The notes: generated by a model from the letters alone, not told the origin. A stretch of 52,869 nucleotides of DNA from a bacterium (GCA_021779255.1 JAJYBC010000001.1:1-52869), one strand, 5' to 3'; shown: positions 15,964 through 26,649, counted from the first letter of the stretch. Numbers and translations: made by a program.

Positions 15964-16349
15964 TGGAAGTGGCCGGAATTGCACCGACGTTTGAAAAGTT
16001 TTGAAGAACCGACCCTACAAGTTTAGCTTAATTTTTTTGTTTGGGAAATAACGAGGATAAATTAAGCAAAATCTCGCTTTCCCGGCTTTTTTAAAAGTTT
16101 CGAAAAAGGTCAAAAAGCAAACCTTTTTCTATTCTGATAAATGACACCGCCTCTTTCTCATCAGAAATCGGAAAGGGCGATGGCAGTTGCGTTTAGGCTA
16201 CTGCGTATGCTGGAGAAGCGACACCAAACAAACTGGCGATACGCTCCTGCATTTTGGAAAGGTTGGCATTTAATAACCTTTTGGGCATAACGCGCCCAAG
16301 TTCGACTTGCGTCTGTTTTTCTCGACTTCCATCGAATCTAATCACTCCC
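15964..16349 (-). ncRNA. ssrA: tmRNA (SsrA)
   Basis: The 5' end GGGAGUGAUUAGAUUCGAUGG pairs with the 3' end CACUUCC-A, including a G3:U70 wobble. T arm GUCGG-UGCAAUU-CCGGC. Tag frame GCC AAC ... GUA GCC UAA gives ANLSKMQERIASLFGVASPAYAVA*. Confidence 0.85.
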
Positions 16350-16364
16350 TGTTTTTAAAAACTG

Positions 16365-16436
16365 TAGCCCTACGGGGAGTCGAACCCCGGTTACTGGACT
16401 GAAAACCCAGTGTCCTAACCACTAGACGATAGGGCC
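16365..16436 (-). tRNA. tRNA-Glu (anticodon UUC)
   Basis: Reverse complement GGCCCUAUCGUCUAGUGGUUAGGACA..., anticodon arm CUGGG-UUUUCAG-UCCAG, T arm CGGGG-UUCGACU-CCCCG. Confidence 0.9.
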
Positions 16437-16538
16437 TAGAATTGAAAATTTCTAATAGGTAATTAGAAATTTGTATTAGTTATCTTACCCTATTATCTTG
16501 AAAAAAGCAAGATTTTATATTGAGTTTTTGTTACCAAT

Positions 16539-17819
16539 TTATTTTTCCGAATCGTTTGGTTGCGATTTTTTTCCTTGATCCAACTGAGAGATCGTGTCTG
16601 AATTATCAATACCGGTGTGAGTTGCTCCTTTGTGAGCTTCTTCTAAAATTTTAACAACATTGGGAAATGTTTTAAGTAATGCTTTTTTGCAACCCGCCAA
16701 TTCTTCAAAAATAGACAGCCAAAAAGCAATAATATATCCTCCCCAAAGAGAAAAAAAGACAGCCATAAAACTCAGAAGAATTAATAATGCTAGAATTCCC
16801 AATCCGATGGCGATTTCCCAAGGGTGGGTTTGTCCCAATACAAAGTAAAGTAGGAGCCAAAAAATTCCCCCGATTAAGAGATAGACCAAACTAAATAAAA
16901 TGGTTGCCAGCGCTAGAAAAATCCAAAAAATTATTTGTAAAACAAAATTAACAAAACTAGCTAAAAGGCTTTCTTTCCAATGATTGATAAAAAGATCATA
17001 ACCTTTATCGGTGGCACTTCGGAGGCTAATACCGGTTAGAGCGAAATAAAAAAGACTGTAGCGAAAAACATAACCAATAATGAAAAAAGCGACAGCAGAA
17101 GTTAGTAATCCAAGAGCAGAAAGGGTTCCCGCCATAATCCAAGATTTTTGTAAGGCGAAAATGCCCGCAGGAGAAAGAAAAAGTAAAAAACTGATTAAAT
17201 AAACCAATCCAAAAATAATTCTTAACCAAACCAAATTGCGCCATTTTTTTCGAGCGTTTTCTTTTAAAAGCAATCTAGACCTTTTGTGATTATGGAATAA
17301 ATCTCTCAATTGATTGATTAAAAGCAGATGAAAATAAGAATTTAGACAAAAAAGAGCAATCACTCCGATGATAATAATCAGCGCTAAAGAAAGACCGCCA
17401 TAAATAAAATAATTTTTTTTGTCTTTATTTTTTTCGATGAAATTTTGAATTTGGATTTTTTGGTTTTCTTGATCCTCAATATTTTTCAGAGTTTCCATCC
17501 AGTTCCCCGAATTTTGTTGAGTCGGATTAGTCTGAGTCGAATTATTATTGGAGGTTTGATTAGTTGGTGACCAGTTACCGTTAAAAGAAAAATTTTGAGA
17601 AATAGCTTGCCCTCCAGTCAGAAGGAGCAAAAGACAAAGAGGTAAAAGTTTTTTCCAATTTTGCCAGAATAGAAGGCCATTTTTTTTGAGAAGATCAGGG
17701 TAACTAAAACGATTAAACCAAGAAATAGTTTCAGTTGATTTGCTTTTTTGAAGGGGTTTTTTTAGACGATTTTTAGGCTTTGTTTTTTTTAATTTTGAGA
17801 AAATTGGGGAGTTCGTCAT
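16539..17819 (-). CDS. Hypothetical polytopic membrane protein with an N/Q/T-rich N-terminal region
   Basis: 426-aa ORF with several long hydrophobic segments and no recognisable motif. Confidence 0.5.
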   Translation of the reverse strand: MTNSPIFSKLKKTKPKNRLKKPLQKSKSTETISWFNRFSYPDLLKKNGLLFWQNWKKLLPLCLLLLLTGGQAISQNFSFNGNWSPTNQTSNNNSTQTNPTQQNSGNWMETLKNIEDQENQKIQIQNFIEKNKDKKNYFIYGGLSLALIIIIGVIALFCLNSYFHLLLINQLRDLFHNHKRSRLLLKENARKKWRNLVWLRIIFGLVYLISFLLFLSPAGIFALQKSWIMAGTLSALGLLTSAVAFFIIGYVFRYSLFYFALTGISLRSATDKGYDLFINHWKESLLASFVNFVLQIIFWIFLALATILFSLVYLLIGGIFWLLLYFVLGQTHPWEIAIGLGILALLILLSFMAVFFSLWGGYIIAFWLSIFEELAGCKKALLKTFPNVVKILEEAHKGATHTGIDNSDTISQLDQGKKSQPNDSEK

Positions 17820-19461
17820 AAATTATTTTTAATTCTTTACATTTGAGAGTTTTGCAGATAAAAAGATAAAAAGCAATACTGACTAGCCCAGCAAAAAAAA
17901 CTTGGCCAAAGACAGCTAGGAAAGAAGAAAGGGGGAAGAAAATAGCCCAAAACCATTTAATCAATTGCGCGCCCAGACCAGCGATAAAAGTAGCTAAAGC
18001 AATTTTCAAAAAAGTTCTTTTAATGGAAGAAATATCGATTCCTTTAATATATTGGTGCAATCCAGCCAGAAGAAAAATAAAGGTTATAATTTGGGAAATC
18101 GAATAAATAAGGGCTAATCCGACAATAGGAGATTTAAGTCCAGAAAGATGGGCGTTTTTCTCTAAAAAGGGAGCAATTTCTGGCCAATATCGAACAACCC
18201 CCACACCAGCGACGATGTTAAAAAGGAGACTAACAACCCCTGATTTCAAAGGAGTCCAAGCATCATGCAGAGCGAAAAAAGCTCGAATAAAAAGCAAATT
18301 TAAACTTTGAGCAAAGAGGCTGATGGCTAAAACTCCCAAAACATTGAGAGTCTGAACGGTATCCTCCCAATCGAATTTTCCGCTTCCCAAAACGATTCTC
18401 ACAACTTGAGCCCGAAAAATAATCAGTAAAGTGGATAAAGGAATAATAAAAAAAAGAATTTGACACATAGCCCGAGAGAACTCATGGCGAAAACGAGCTT
18501 TTTTCTTTTTGGCGACCAAAATGGAAAGAGCGGGAAAAGCGGCGATAGCATAGGAAGCTCCAAAAATTCCCAACGGTAAACTTTGCAAGTTGTTGGCAAA
18601 ATTAAAAACAGACAAAGAGCCGACAGGTAAGACAGAAGCCAAAAGAGTCACAGCTATTAGATTTAGCTGTAAAACTCCCAAATGAAGACTGCGAGGAAGC
18701 ATCATTTTCAAAACTTTAATCAATCCGGGATGAGTGGGATCCCAACGAAAGCGAATTTTTAAACCCATTAAAATAGAAGGAACGAGTTGAACAGAAAAGT
18801 GAAAAAAGGCGCCGAGAGCAATTCCCCAAGCTAATCCGGTGATACCAAAGTGAGGCACCAAAAAAATTATAGCCAAAATGGAACCCAAATTATAAACTAC
18901 AGGAGCAAGAGAGTAGAAAAAGAAAAAACCGCGTAGATTTAAAATATTACCCAAAAGACCGGAGAAACTTAAAAAAAGAGGAGAAAGAAGCATAATTCTA
19001 GTCAAGCGGGCGGTTAAAGCTTGTTGTTCCGGAGAGAAGCCGGGAGCGATCCAACTGACTAAAAAAGGAGAAAAAAACCAGAGTAAGACAATAACAGCAA
19101 AAAGAAAAAAAGTTAATATTGTGACTAAACTGTCAACAAAATTTTGAGTATCTTGAGAAAAATCGAAATCGTTTTTAGCTTTGTTCTTTTCCTCCGGCTT
19201 GTGTAAATACTGGCTTAGTATAGGCAAAAAAGCGGAAGAAATTAAACTGGCCATTAAAGTATTATAGAAAAAATCGGGGATACGAAAAGAGGCGTAATAG
19301 GTGTCTAATTCTTGACCGGCGCCGAAAGCGTCAGCTAGCATTCGATCGCGAAACATTCCTAACAAGCTGGATAATAACGTAAAAAAACCGACTAAAAAAG
19401 CGGCTCGGGTGAGTGTGCGACTGAGATTTTCCAGTTTATTGATTAAAGATTCCAATTTCAT
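17773..19461 (-). CDS. murJ: Lipid II flippase MurJ (MviN family)
   Basis: SSLLGMFRDRMLADAFGAG...DTYYASFRIPDFFYN, 14-TM layout, 562 aa. Confidence 0.85.
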   Translation of the reverse strand: MKLESLINKLENLSRTLTRAAFLVGFFTLLSSLLGMFRDRMLADAFGAGQELDTYYASFRIPDFFYNTLMASLISSAFLPILSQYLHKPEEKNKAKNDFDFSQDTQNFVDSLVTILTFFLFAVIVLLWFFSPFLVSWIAPGFSPEQQALTARLTRIMLLSPLFLSFSGLLGNILNLRGFFFFYSLAPVVYNLGSILAIIFLVPHFGITGLAWGIALGAFFHFSVQLVPSILMGLKIRFRWDPTHPGLIKVLKMMLPRSLHLGVLQLNLIAVTLLASVLPVGSLSVFNFANNLQSLPLGIFGASYAIAAFPALSILVAKKKKARFRHEFSRAMCQILFFIIPLSTLLIIFRAQVVRIVLGSGKFDWEDTVQTLNVLGVLAISLFAQSLNLLFIRAFFALHDAWTPLKSGVVSLLFNIVAGVGVVRYWPEIAPFLEKNAHLSGLKSPIVGLALIYSISQIITFIFLLAGLHQYIKGIDISSIKRTFLKIALATFIAGLGAQLIKWFWAIFFPLSSFLAVFGQVFFAGLVSIAFYLFICKTLKCKELKIIYDELPNFLKIKKNKA

Positions 19462-19467
19462 AATAAT

Positions 19468-22467
19468 TTATTGATTTTTAGTCAACTCTTTCCCCTTCCC
19501 TTTCTCGGTCAAAACCATACCGGCGAAAATATCTTTATCAAATTTTTGATTGATTTTCCAATCAGGAAAACTGAGATTATCAGGATAACGATAAAGCATA
19601 TCAAAATTTTCCAGACCTTTAACTTCAGAATTAACCCAAGAGCGATCGTCGCCGGCTTGTTTTTGAACAAGAAGACTATAAGTGTCGGCTGGTTTTTTGA
19701 GATCGTCAAAGCGTAATTTAAAAGGGAGAAGATAAGTATATTTAACAGTGAGCGTTTCTCCCGGTGAAACATAAGTCCAGTTAGCAAAAACCGTTTTACC
19801 GGAATCTTCATAGACTCTAGTTCCGGTGTAGGGATCGATATTGGTTCCACTTTCCTCAGTGATAACCATATCGTCTTCAACAAAGCCTAATTTAGCATAG
19901 TCAACTGGCGGAGAATTAACTTCTCGAGTGTAACCCTCGGCGCTTAAAAGCTCACTTCCTTTTGGAACATAGATTCTCATCCAATCAGCATTGACCGCAT
20001 TGTACCAACTGGCAGTTTCTTTCCCTCCTTTGTGAGAGCGAGTAACAGTCACAGTATCAATGACGGAACCATCAGGCTTAATTTCCGCTTGATGGCTGAT
20101 TTTTTGTTCAATCATTCGATCGGTTTTCATTCCGTTGATATTTGTATTGACAACAGAAAGATAATCTTTGGGAACGTTAAGGATTTCCCCCGTCCAACCC
20201 AATTCGGAAGCGGCTTTTTGAACGTTATAATCAAAAAAATAGGTGACGACGGAACGATCTTCCAGACAACCAGCAAAAGAAGCTAAAATTTCCATCCATT
20301 TTTCCGGAGGTGAATTAAAAACTTTTTCTAAGATGAGAGGCGCTAAATCGGCTAAAAATTGTTTAGGTCTGTTAAGAGTTTTGTCGTATTCTGAATCGAC
20401 TTGATTTTGAGTTAATTCAACGAAATTATCGGCGGAAACAACTTGGTTGTATTTTTCGTGGTTGATCGGGCCGGTGATTCTTAGAAGATTCTCTAAAACT
20501 TTGGGAGTAAAAGCAATTACGCCATCTACGGACGGTCCACCTGTTTTTTCGTAGAACCAAGCTACTTTCTCGGCGCTCTTAGGAAAGTCCGGCCACCAGT
20601 TGGCATCGTGCATTGACCAAGTAGCACTCATTTTTTGGATGGGCTTGGGCGGGATAATTCTTTCTTTCAGTTGGCCGTCCGGATTATAAATACCGTCAAT
20701 ATAAAGTTGAGAGACATTGCCTTCATTGATTTTCATAATGCCATAAGTGCCAATAAATCCGCCGGTGGCTCGTATTTCATCGTTATTCTCAAAAAGAAAA
20801 AGATATTGGCGAGCTTCTTTATGTCCCAGAACCGAGAGAATTATATTGGTGTAAGCAGAAAAATCGTTAATGTCTTTGATAATAGTCGGGAGTTTTTCTT
20901 GGAGTAAAACGAATTGTTCTCTCTTGTCTTCGGGTAAGTCACTAATTTTAACGTTTCCTAAGAAACCGTTGGCTTGCTCCATTTCCGATTTGGCTTGGGT
21001 TATCTTTTCTTGAAAAATAACGATAGCATCGGTTAAATTATTCGCTTTTTTATTACCGGAGTCAGTCGTTTGATAATCGGAAATTTCTTTCAAAGCCGAA
21101 ATATTATCAGTGTTGAGAAACTTTTTCTTTAAAGCTCCTTGATCTCCTAGAAAAACATCAAAAGCTTCGGAAACAATTTGACCGGCCGAAGATAAATGTT
21201 TACCGGCTTCCAACAGGTTTTCGCCACTTTTGATTTTCGATCCTAAAGGCAAGACTTTAATAACCGAGAAAAGAGTCCCATCTATTTCATTGAGAGAATT
21301 ACCAGCGGAAAGGAAATTTTGATAAGCGTTTTGAAAATTACGTCGAGCTTCTTCTGGTTTGGCGGAAAACATTGCTGATTTAGCCGAATCGATGTTTTTG
21401 TAAGCTACTTGGCTTTGAGATTCTATTTGATTTTTAGTATCGATAACTTTTTGCACATAAGCGACAACGGGTATGGCTAGAGAAACAAAAATGCCGACAG
21501 TTAATAAAGCCACTGATTTTTTGGTACCGGAAGCTGATTTTCTAAAAAAAGATTTTTTTTCACCAACTTTTTTCCAAATTCGGTAAGCTTTGCCAGTCAA
21601 AGGCATCTTTTTTTCGGGATCTGATTTTTCTTTTATTCTAAAAATAGGATTATGCCTAAAAAGATTGTTCTTTTTGGATTTTGAAGAGACAATCTCCGAT
21701 TTTGCTTTGATTGGTTCCGGCTCGGGGTCGGGCTGGTAAAAAATAGGAGTTGAAGTTATGTTTTCAAACGGAGAAATTTTTTCCGCTAGTTCTGTTTTTT
21801 GAGGAGTCAGTTCTTCTTGAAAATCAATTGGTTTAATTTTTTTTATTTTTGAAGGAATATCGGAAAGAGGCTTAGTCGCTTTAACAAAAGAGTTTTTGAT
21901 TTTGGTTTTATCTTTATTTTTTTGACCAGCAGTAAAACTGATTTTTTCCTTTAAAGTTTCTTTTTTTTGTTGATTAATCTCGGCCGCTTGATAATCGGAA
22001 TCAATTTTTAATTTTATTTTAGGCACACCTCGATAATCATATTTTTCATCTAATAGATGTTTATCTTCTTGACCAAAACGTTGGAAAGCCGGTTCAACAA
22101 AAAAGGGTTTTCCTTTACCATCTGCTAGCGATTTATGCGGAACGAAGACGTCAGAAACATGCTTGCCCTTTTTTCCGGAGACAAAAGGAATCATTCGAGA
22201 AGGAAATAGACCAATACTGTTTCGGTCAGCTGACGAAAGCTCAAAGTTTTTTTCCGGATGAGAAAAATTTGATTTTGATTTATTTTTTCGACCGACCAAA
22301 TCAAGGCCACCTTTTCTATCCGAAGAAAAGTGTTCTCGGATAGCTTGCCCCTTCCCTTTTGGAGTAGGTTCGTAAGCCAGAGGATGAGAAAAAGTCTGGT
22401 TATCGGCTATTTTCTTTTTTTCCTTTTGAATTTTAGCTTTTTGTTTTTTAATTAAATCAAAAGACAT
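19468..22467 (-). CDS. DUF4012 domain-containing large membrane-anchored protein
   Basis: 999 aa with one TM near residue 320. The block LFENNDEIRATGGFIGTYG is the DUF4012 signature as I recall it. Confidence 0.6.
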   Translation of the reverse strand: MSFDLIKKQKAKIQKEKKKIADNQTFSHPLAYEPTPKGKGQAIREHFSSDRKGGLDLVGRKNKSKSNFSHPEKNFELSSADRNSIGLFPSRMIPFVSGKKGKHVSDVFVPHKSLADGKGKPFFVEPAFQRFGQEDKHLLDEKYDYRGVPKIKLKIDSDYQAAEINQQKKETLKEKISFTAGQKNKDKTKIKNSFVKATKPLSDIPSKIKKIKPIDFQEELTPQKTELAEKISPFENITSTPIFYQPDPEPEPIKAKSEIVSSKSKKNNLFRHNPIFRIKEKSDPEKKMPLTGKAYRIWKKVGEKKSFFRKSASGTKKSVALLTVGIFVSLAIPVVAYVQKVIDTKNQIESQSQVAYKNIDSAKSAMFSAKPEEARRNFQNAYQNFLSAGNSLNEIDGTLFSVIKVLPLGSKIKSGENLLEAGKHLSSAGQIVSEAFDVFLGDQGALKKKFLNTDNISALKEISDYQTTDSGNKKANNLTDAIVIFQEKITQAKSEMEQANGFLGNVKISDLPEDKREQFVLLQEKLPTIIKDINDFSAYTNIILSVLGHKEARQYLFLFENNDEIRATGGFIGTYGIMKINEGNVSQLYIDGIYNPDGQLKERIIPPKPIQKMSATWSMHDANWWPDFPKSAEKVAWFYEKTGGPSVDGVIAFTPKVLENLLRITGPINHEKYNQVVSADNFVELTQNQVDSEYDKTLNRPKQFLADLAPLILEKVFNSPPEKWMEILASFAGCLEDRSVVTYFFDYNVQKAASELGWTGEILNVPKDYLSVVNTNINGMKTDRMIEQKISHQAEIKPDGSVIDTVTVTRSHKGGKETASWYNAVNADWMRIYVPKGSELLSAEGYTREVNSPPVDYAKLGFVEDDMVITEESGTNIDPYTGTRVYEDSGKTVFANWTYVSPGETLTVKYTYLLPFKLRFDDLKKPADTYSLLVQKQAGDDRSWVNSEVKGLENFDMLYRYPDNLSFPDWKINQKFDKDIFAGMVLTEKGKGKELTKNQ

Positions 22468-22521
22468 CGGGTTGATTTTATTTTTCGATTTTTAAGACAA
22501 CTCCTCTCGGAGAGGATAGCA

Positions 22522-23742
22522 TTATTTTTTTTGGAGATAAAGTTTTAGAGTTTCTTGAGCCGTTTTCTCCCAATTATACTTTTTTAGAATTTTTTGAGCT
22601 CTGGGGAGATATTTTTTTTCAAGGCTGGGTAATTTTCTTAGGGTTTCTAAAATGGTTTTGGCCATATTTTCGATGGAATAGCCGTTAAAATAAAGAGCGG
22701 AATTGCCAAGAATTTCCGAAAAGCAGGTACCTTCATGGCAAAGAACCAATTTATTTCTCTCGAAAGCCTCTAAAGGTGGCAAACCGAATCCTTCGCAGAG
22801 AGAAGGGAAAATACAGAAAAGAGCTTCTTGGTATAAAAATTCTAAAGTTTTTGAATCTTTAATAAAACCAGGAAAAATTATCTTCGGAATTTTTTTCTTT
22901 TTAACCATTAGTTTTAAACGATTAAAAAAATAATCATTTCCTCCGGCAATAACCAAGTAAAGGGATTTTGATGATAAAATAGATGTTTCTTTGGCGGAAA
23001 CGCCCAGCTTAGTTTTGAATGGGTATTTTTTTTGAATCAAATCAAAAGCCATAATCAATCGTTCTAAATTCTTATGAGGATAAGCTCCACCAAGATAAAA
23101 AATAAAAGGAAAATTTTTAATTCCCTTCTCTGATAGCCATTTTTGGCGATTTTTTTGAGAATTTTTTTGTTCAATATTTAGTTGGTTAACTTTTTGTCCT
23201 CCAGCACCTTCATAAATAATTTGAATTTTTTCCTTCTCAATCGTTGGGAAAAACTTTTGAATGGCTTGAGCTGTACTTCGAGAAACAGAAATAATAAAAC
23301 GAGATTTTTTTAGAGCTCTTTTGATGGTAAAGCGATAAGCCCAATTTTTAATTTGATAAAAAATTGGTCCCAACGTGGTAGCTTTTTTAGTAGGAAAAGA
23401 AAAAAGGATTAAATCATGGATGGTCACAACAAAAGACCCTCGATAAAGAATAGGAACGTTAAAATGAGGAAAATGAACCAAATCGGGTTTTAGTTTATGG
23501 AGAAGATAAGGGATTAAAATTTGTTCTTTCCAACCATACCAATGAGCTTCGGCTAAAATTTTTTGAAAATTCGGTGTGGGAAAATTAAGTGTCGCATAAT
23601 CTTCTTGACGTAATAAAATAGAATACTGATTTTGTTGATCAATCTTTACTAAATTATCAATCAGATTTTTGGTATAATAGGAAAGTCCCCGATTACGAGG
23701 ATTGATGAAGCGAGCATCAATAACGATATGCATATTATTCAA
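22522..23742 (-). CDS. Glycosyltransferase, GT1/GT4 family
   Basis: C-terminal PSLCEGFGLPPLEAFERNKLVLC (EX7E motif), GT-B length. Confidence 0.75.
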   Translation of the reverse strand: MNNMHIVIDARFINPRNRGLSYYTKNLIDNLVKIDQQNQYSILLRQEDYATLNFPTPNFQKILAEAHWYGWKEQILIPYLLHKLKPDLVHFPHFNVPILYRGSFVVTIHDLILFSFPTKKATTLGPIFYQIKNWAYRFTIKRALKKSRFIISVSRSTAQAIQKFFPTIEKEKIQIIYEGAGGQKVNQLNIEQKNSQKNRQKWLSEKGIKNFPFIFYLGGAYPHKNLERLIMAFDLIQKKYPFKTKLGVSAKETSILSSKSLYLVIAGGNDYFFNRLKLMVKKKKIPKIIFPGFIKDSKTLEFLYQEALFCIFPSLCEGFGLPPLEAFERNKLVLCHEGTCFSEILGNSALYFNGYSIENMAKTILETLRKLPSLEKKYLPRAQKILKKYNWEKTAQETLKLYLQKK

Positions 23743-24952
23743 TATAATCCATTACCATATACATTGGTTGAATAACGGCAATGGCAAAGAAACCGACTCC
23801 TCCGCCGATAATTAAAATCAAAATTGGTTCAATAACGGAACTTAAATTTTTGGTAATATCATCTACTTCTTTTTCGTAAAAGTCAGCTAATTGAGCTAAA
23901 ATTTGTTCAGAACTGCCGGTTTCTTCCCCAATTCTAATCATTTGAATAACCATCGGTGGAAATAAGTCGGGAAATTCCTCGACGGCTTTATTAAGAGCAA
24001 TTCCCTTTTGAACCATTTCGGAACATTTCTTTAAAGCTCTTCTAAAATAAGTATTATCGAGAGAATCGGAAATAATATCAAGAGAAGTAACAATAGCCAC
24101 ACCGCTTTTGAGAAGAGAACTGAGTGTTCGTGAAAAACGAGCAGTATTGACTTTTTTGATGATATTTCCTACCATGGGAATCTTGAGAAAAATAAAATCA
24201 AAGACTTGTTTCCCGCCGGGGCTGCGAGCTAGAAAAGTAAAAGCGATAGGACTTAAAATCATAATTAGCAAAGAAATAATAACGTGAGAAGAAAGAAATT
24301 TACTGAGGCCGATAACAATGCGAGTGGAAATGGGCAATTCGATAGCCATTTCAGAAAATATTTTCATGAGGTTAGGAACTACAAACATCATCAATAAAAT
24401 GCCGATGGCAATCATTGCTACAATAATAACGGAAGGATAAATCAAGGCACCTTTGATTTTCGAGCGAATATCGTGATCTTTTTGAAGCTGAAGACCTAGA
24501 AGCTCCAAGACTTCTTCTAAATTTCCTCCGATTTCTCCGATACGAATGGCGCTGGAAAAAAGAGGAGGAAAAACTTGTGGAAAGTCTTTCATCCCGTCAG
24601 CCAACGTCTGTCCTGTTTTAACTTTTTCTTTGATATTATTGATAACTTCTCGAAAATAGCTGGAACCGGTTTGAATGGCTAAAATTTCTAAAGCTCGCGG
24701 AATGGGCAATCCCGCTTTAATCATGACTGAAAGATGTTTAATAAACATCATTTTTTCGGTCAAAGAAACTCTTTTCAAAAAAGGCAATCCTTGCCAACCG
24801 AAGCTCTTCTTTTTTATTTTTTCACTGGCAAAAACCAAAATCAAACCTTGATTTTTAAGAGTATGGGCCAGCTCATTTTTATCTTGAGCGGGCATAAAGC
24901 CTTCTATTTTTTTTCCAGCTTCGTCGCGGGCACGATAGTTAAAGAGAGGCAT
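23735..24952 (-). CDS. pilC: Type II secretion system F family / type IV pilus platform protein PilC
   Basis: Two GspF repeats (LSVMIKAGLPI..., LSSLLKSGVAI...), three TM segments, 405 aa. Confidence 0.85.
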   Translation of the reverse strand: MPLFNYRARDEAGKKIEGFMPAQDKNELAHTLKNQGLILVFASEKIKKKSFGWQGLPFLKRVSLTEKMMFIKHLSVMIKAGLPIPRALEILAIQTGSSYFREVINNIKEKVKTGQTLADGMKDFPQVFPPLFSSAIRIGEIGGNLEEVLELLGLQLQKDHDIRSKIKGALIYPSVIIVAMIAIGILLMMFVVPNLMKIFSEMAIELPISTRIVIGLSKFLSSHVIISLLIMILSPIAFTFLARSPGGKQVFDFIFLKIPMVGNIIKKVNTARFSRTLSSLLKSGVAIVTSLDIISDSLDNTYFRRALKKCSEMVQKGIALNKAVEEFPDLFPPMVIQMIRIGEETGSSEQILAQLADFYEKEVDDITKNLSSVIEPILILIIGGGVGFFAIAVIQPMYMVMDYIE

Positions 24953-24962
24953 ACGGGTATTT

Positions 24963-26612
24963 TTATTTTTTATTCTTCTCTGATGTTTGGATAAATTTCA
25001 AGAATAGAGGATGCGGGTTAAAAGGATTGGATTGAAATTCGGGATGGAACTGAGAAGCCACAAAGAAAGGATGAGTTTTTTTAGGTAATTCCGCAATTTC
25101 CATCAATCTCCGATCAGGAGAAGTAGCGGAAAAAACTAGCCCGGCTTTTTCGAGACGATTAATAAATTTAGGATTAACTTCGTAACGATGACGGTGGCGT
25201 TCACTAATTTGAGTGTCTTTATAAGCTGAAAAAGCAATCGTTTCTTTTTTAATTTTAGCCGGATAGCTGCCTAAACGCATTGTTCCGCCATAACGGTTTT
25301 GACTGAGAATGGTTTTTTGCTCCGGTAAAATATCAATAACCGGATAAAGAGTCCGAGGGTTAACCTCGGTGGTGTGAGCTCCTTTTAGTTTGGCTACATG
25401 GCGAGCAAATTCGATGACGGCCAATTGCATACCATAGCAAAGCCCAAGATAAGGAATTTTGTTTTCTCTAACGAATTGAATGGCCTGAATAATTCCCTCT
25501 ACGCCTCGACTACCAAAACCGCCGGGAACAACAATGCCGGCGTATTGTTTGAGATCCGCCAACTTCTTGGGATCTTTTTCAAAAATTTCCGAGTCGATCC
25601 AATAGAGATCTAGTTGGGCGCCAGCAGCGTAAGAAGCGTGTTTTAGCGATTCAATAACGGAAATATAAACATCGCTCAAAACAAAATTACCGGTAGCGAA
25701 ATATTTGCCAACAACACCGATTTTAATTTTTTTCTGGCTGTTTTGAATCCTTTTTCTTAAATTTCTCCATTTTTCAAAATCTTTTTTACGCGGTTTTAGG
25801 TTCAGCTTTTGTAAAATATTTTGACTCAAATTTTCTTTTTCGAAATTAACGGGAACGTCATAAATTGAGCTGATATCCGGTGCGGAGATCACGTCTTTTT
25901 TACGAATATTGCAGAAGATGGCAATTTTTTCTTTGCGTTTATTGTCTAAAGGAACGATTGACCGAGCAATAATCAGATCCGGTTGAATGCCGGCGGAATT
26001 TAAACTGCGAACGGCGTATTGAGTCGGTTTGGTTTTCATTTCGCCGATTTTGTCGGGTACCGGTAAAAAGCTGACCATTACAAAAAGTATTTGACCGGGC
26101 ATATCCATTTTCATCATACGTCCGGCTTCCAAAAAAAGGATGTTTTGATATTCTCCCACCGTACCGCCGATTTCGATGATTACAATTTCCGCCTTATTCG
26201 TTTGTCCTGCCTTTTTAATGCGTCGAATAATTTCGTAAGGAATATGAGGTACAACCTCGACACACTTACCTTTATAGTGCATTTTGCGTTCTTTTTCAAT
26301 CACTTCTTGGTAAACGCTACCAGTTGTCATATAATTGTCTTGGCTTAATTGACATTCTAAAAATCGTTCATAATTTCCCATGTCTTGATCGCATTCAGTG
26401 CCATCTTTTAAAACAAAAACTTCACCATGCTCTGTGGGATTCATTGTGCCAGCGTCCACGTTAACATAGGGGTCGATTTTCATAGAAGTGACGCTAAAAC
26501 CGCGGGCTTGTAAAATAGCGGCGATTGAAGAAGAAGTCACACCCTTCCCTACTCCCGACATGACACCACCGGTGACAAAAATATAGCGGGTATCCTTTTT
26601 GTGGTTAGCCAT
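24963..26612 (-). CDS. pyrG: CTP synthase
   Basis: YIFVTGGVMSGVGKG, DPYVNVDAGTMNP, and GATase LGLCYGMQ...HRHRYEV. Confidence 0.95.
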   Translation of the reverse strand: MANHKKDTRYIFVTGGVMSGVGKGVTSSSIAAILQARGFSVTSMKIDPYVNVDAGTMNPTEHGEVFVLKDGTECDQDMGNYERFLECQLSQDNYMTTGSVYQEVIEKERKMHYKGKCVEVVPHIPYEIIRRIKKAGQTNKAEIVIIEIGGTVGEYQNILFLEAGRMMKMDMPGQILFVMVSFLPVPDKIGEMKTKPTQYAVRSLNSAGIQPDLIIARSIVPLDNKRKEKIAIFCNIRKKDVISAPDISSIYDVPVNFEKENLSQNILQKLNLKPRKKDFEKWRNLRKRIQNSQKKIKIGVVGKYFATGNFVLSDVYISVIESLKHASYAAGAQLDLYWIDSEIFEKDPKKLADLKQYAGIVVPGGFGSRGVEGIIQAIQFVRENKIPYLGLCYGMQLAVIEFARHVAKLKGAHTTEVNPRTLYPVIDILPEQKTILSQNRYGGTMRLGSYPAKIKKETIAFSAYKDTQISERHRHRYEVNPKFINRLEKAGLVFSATSPDRRLMEIAELPKKTHPFFVASQFHPEFQSNPFNPHPLFLKFIQTSEKNKK

Positions 26613-26649
26613 AAAAAATAAAGCAATAAAAATAAATTTACTCTTTTAA

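Noticed and set aside
15937-15984. Track starts that extend infC (to 15984), thrS (to 29974), uvrA (to 35069), the 26650 membrane protein (to 28263) and the 36069 orphan (to 36827).
   Set aside because: Each extension overlaps a neighbouring gene or RNA or lacks an SD. Internal ATGs give canonical N-termini, and in the orphan's case a strong AAAGGAGG SD.
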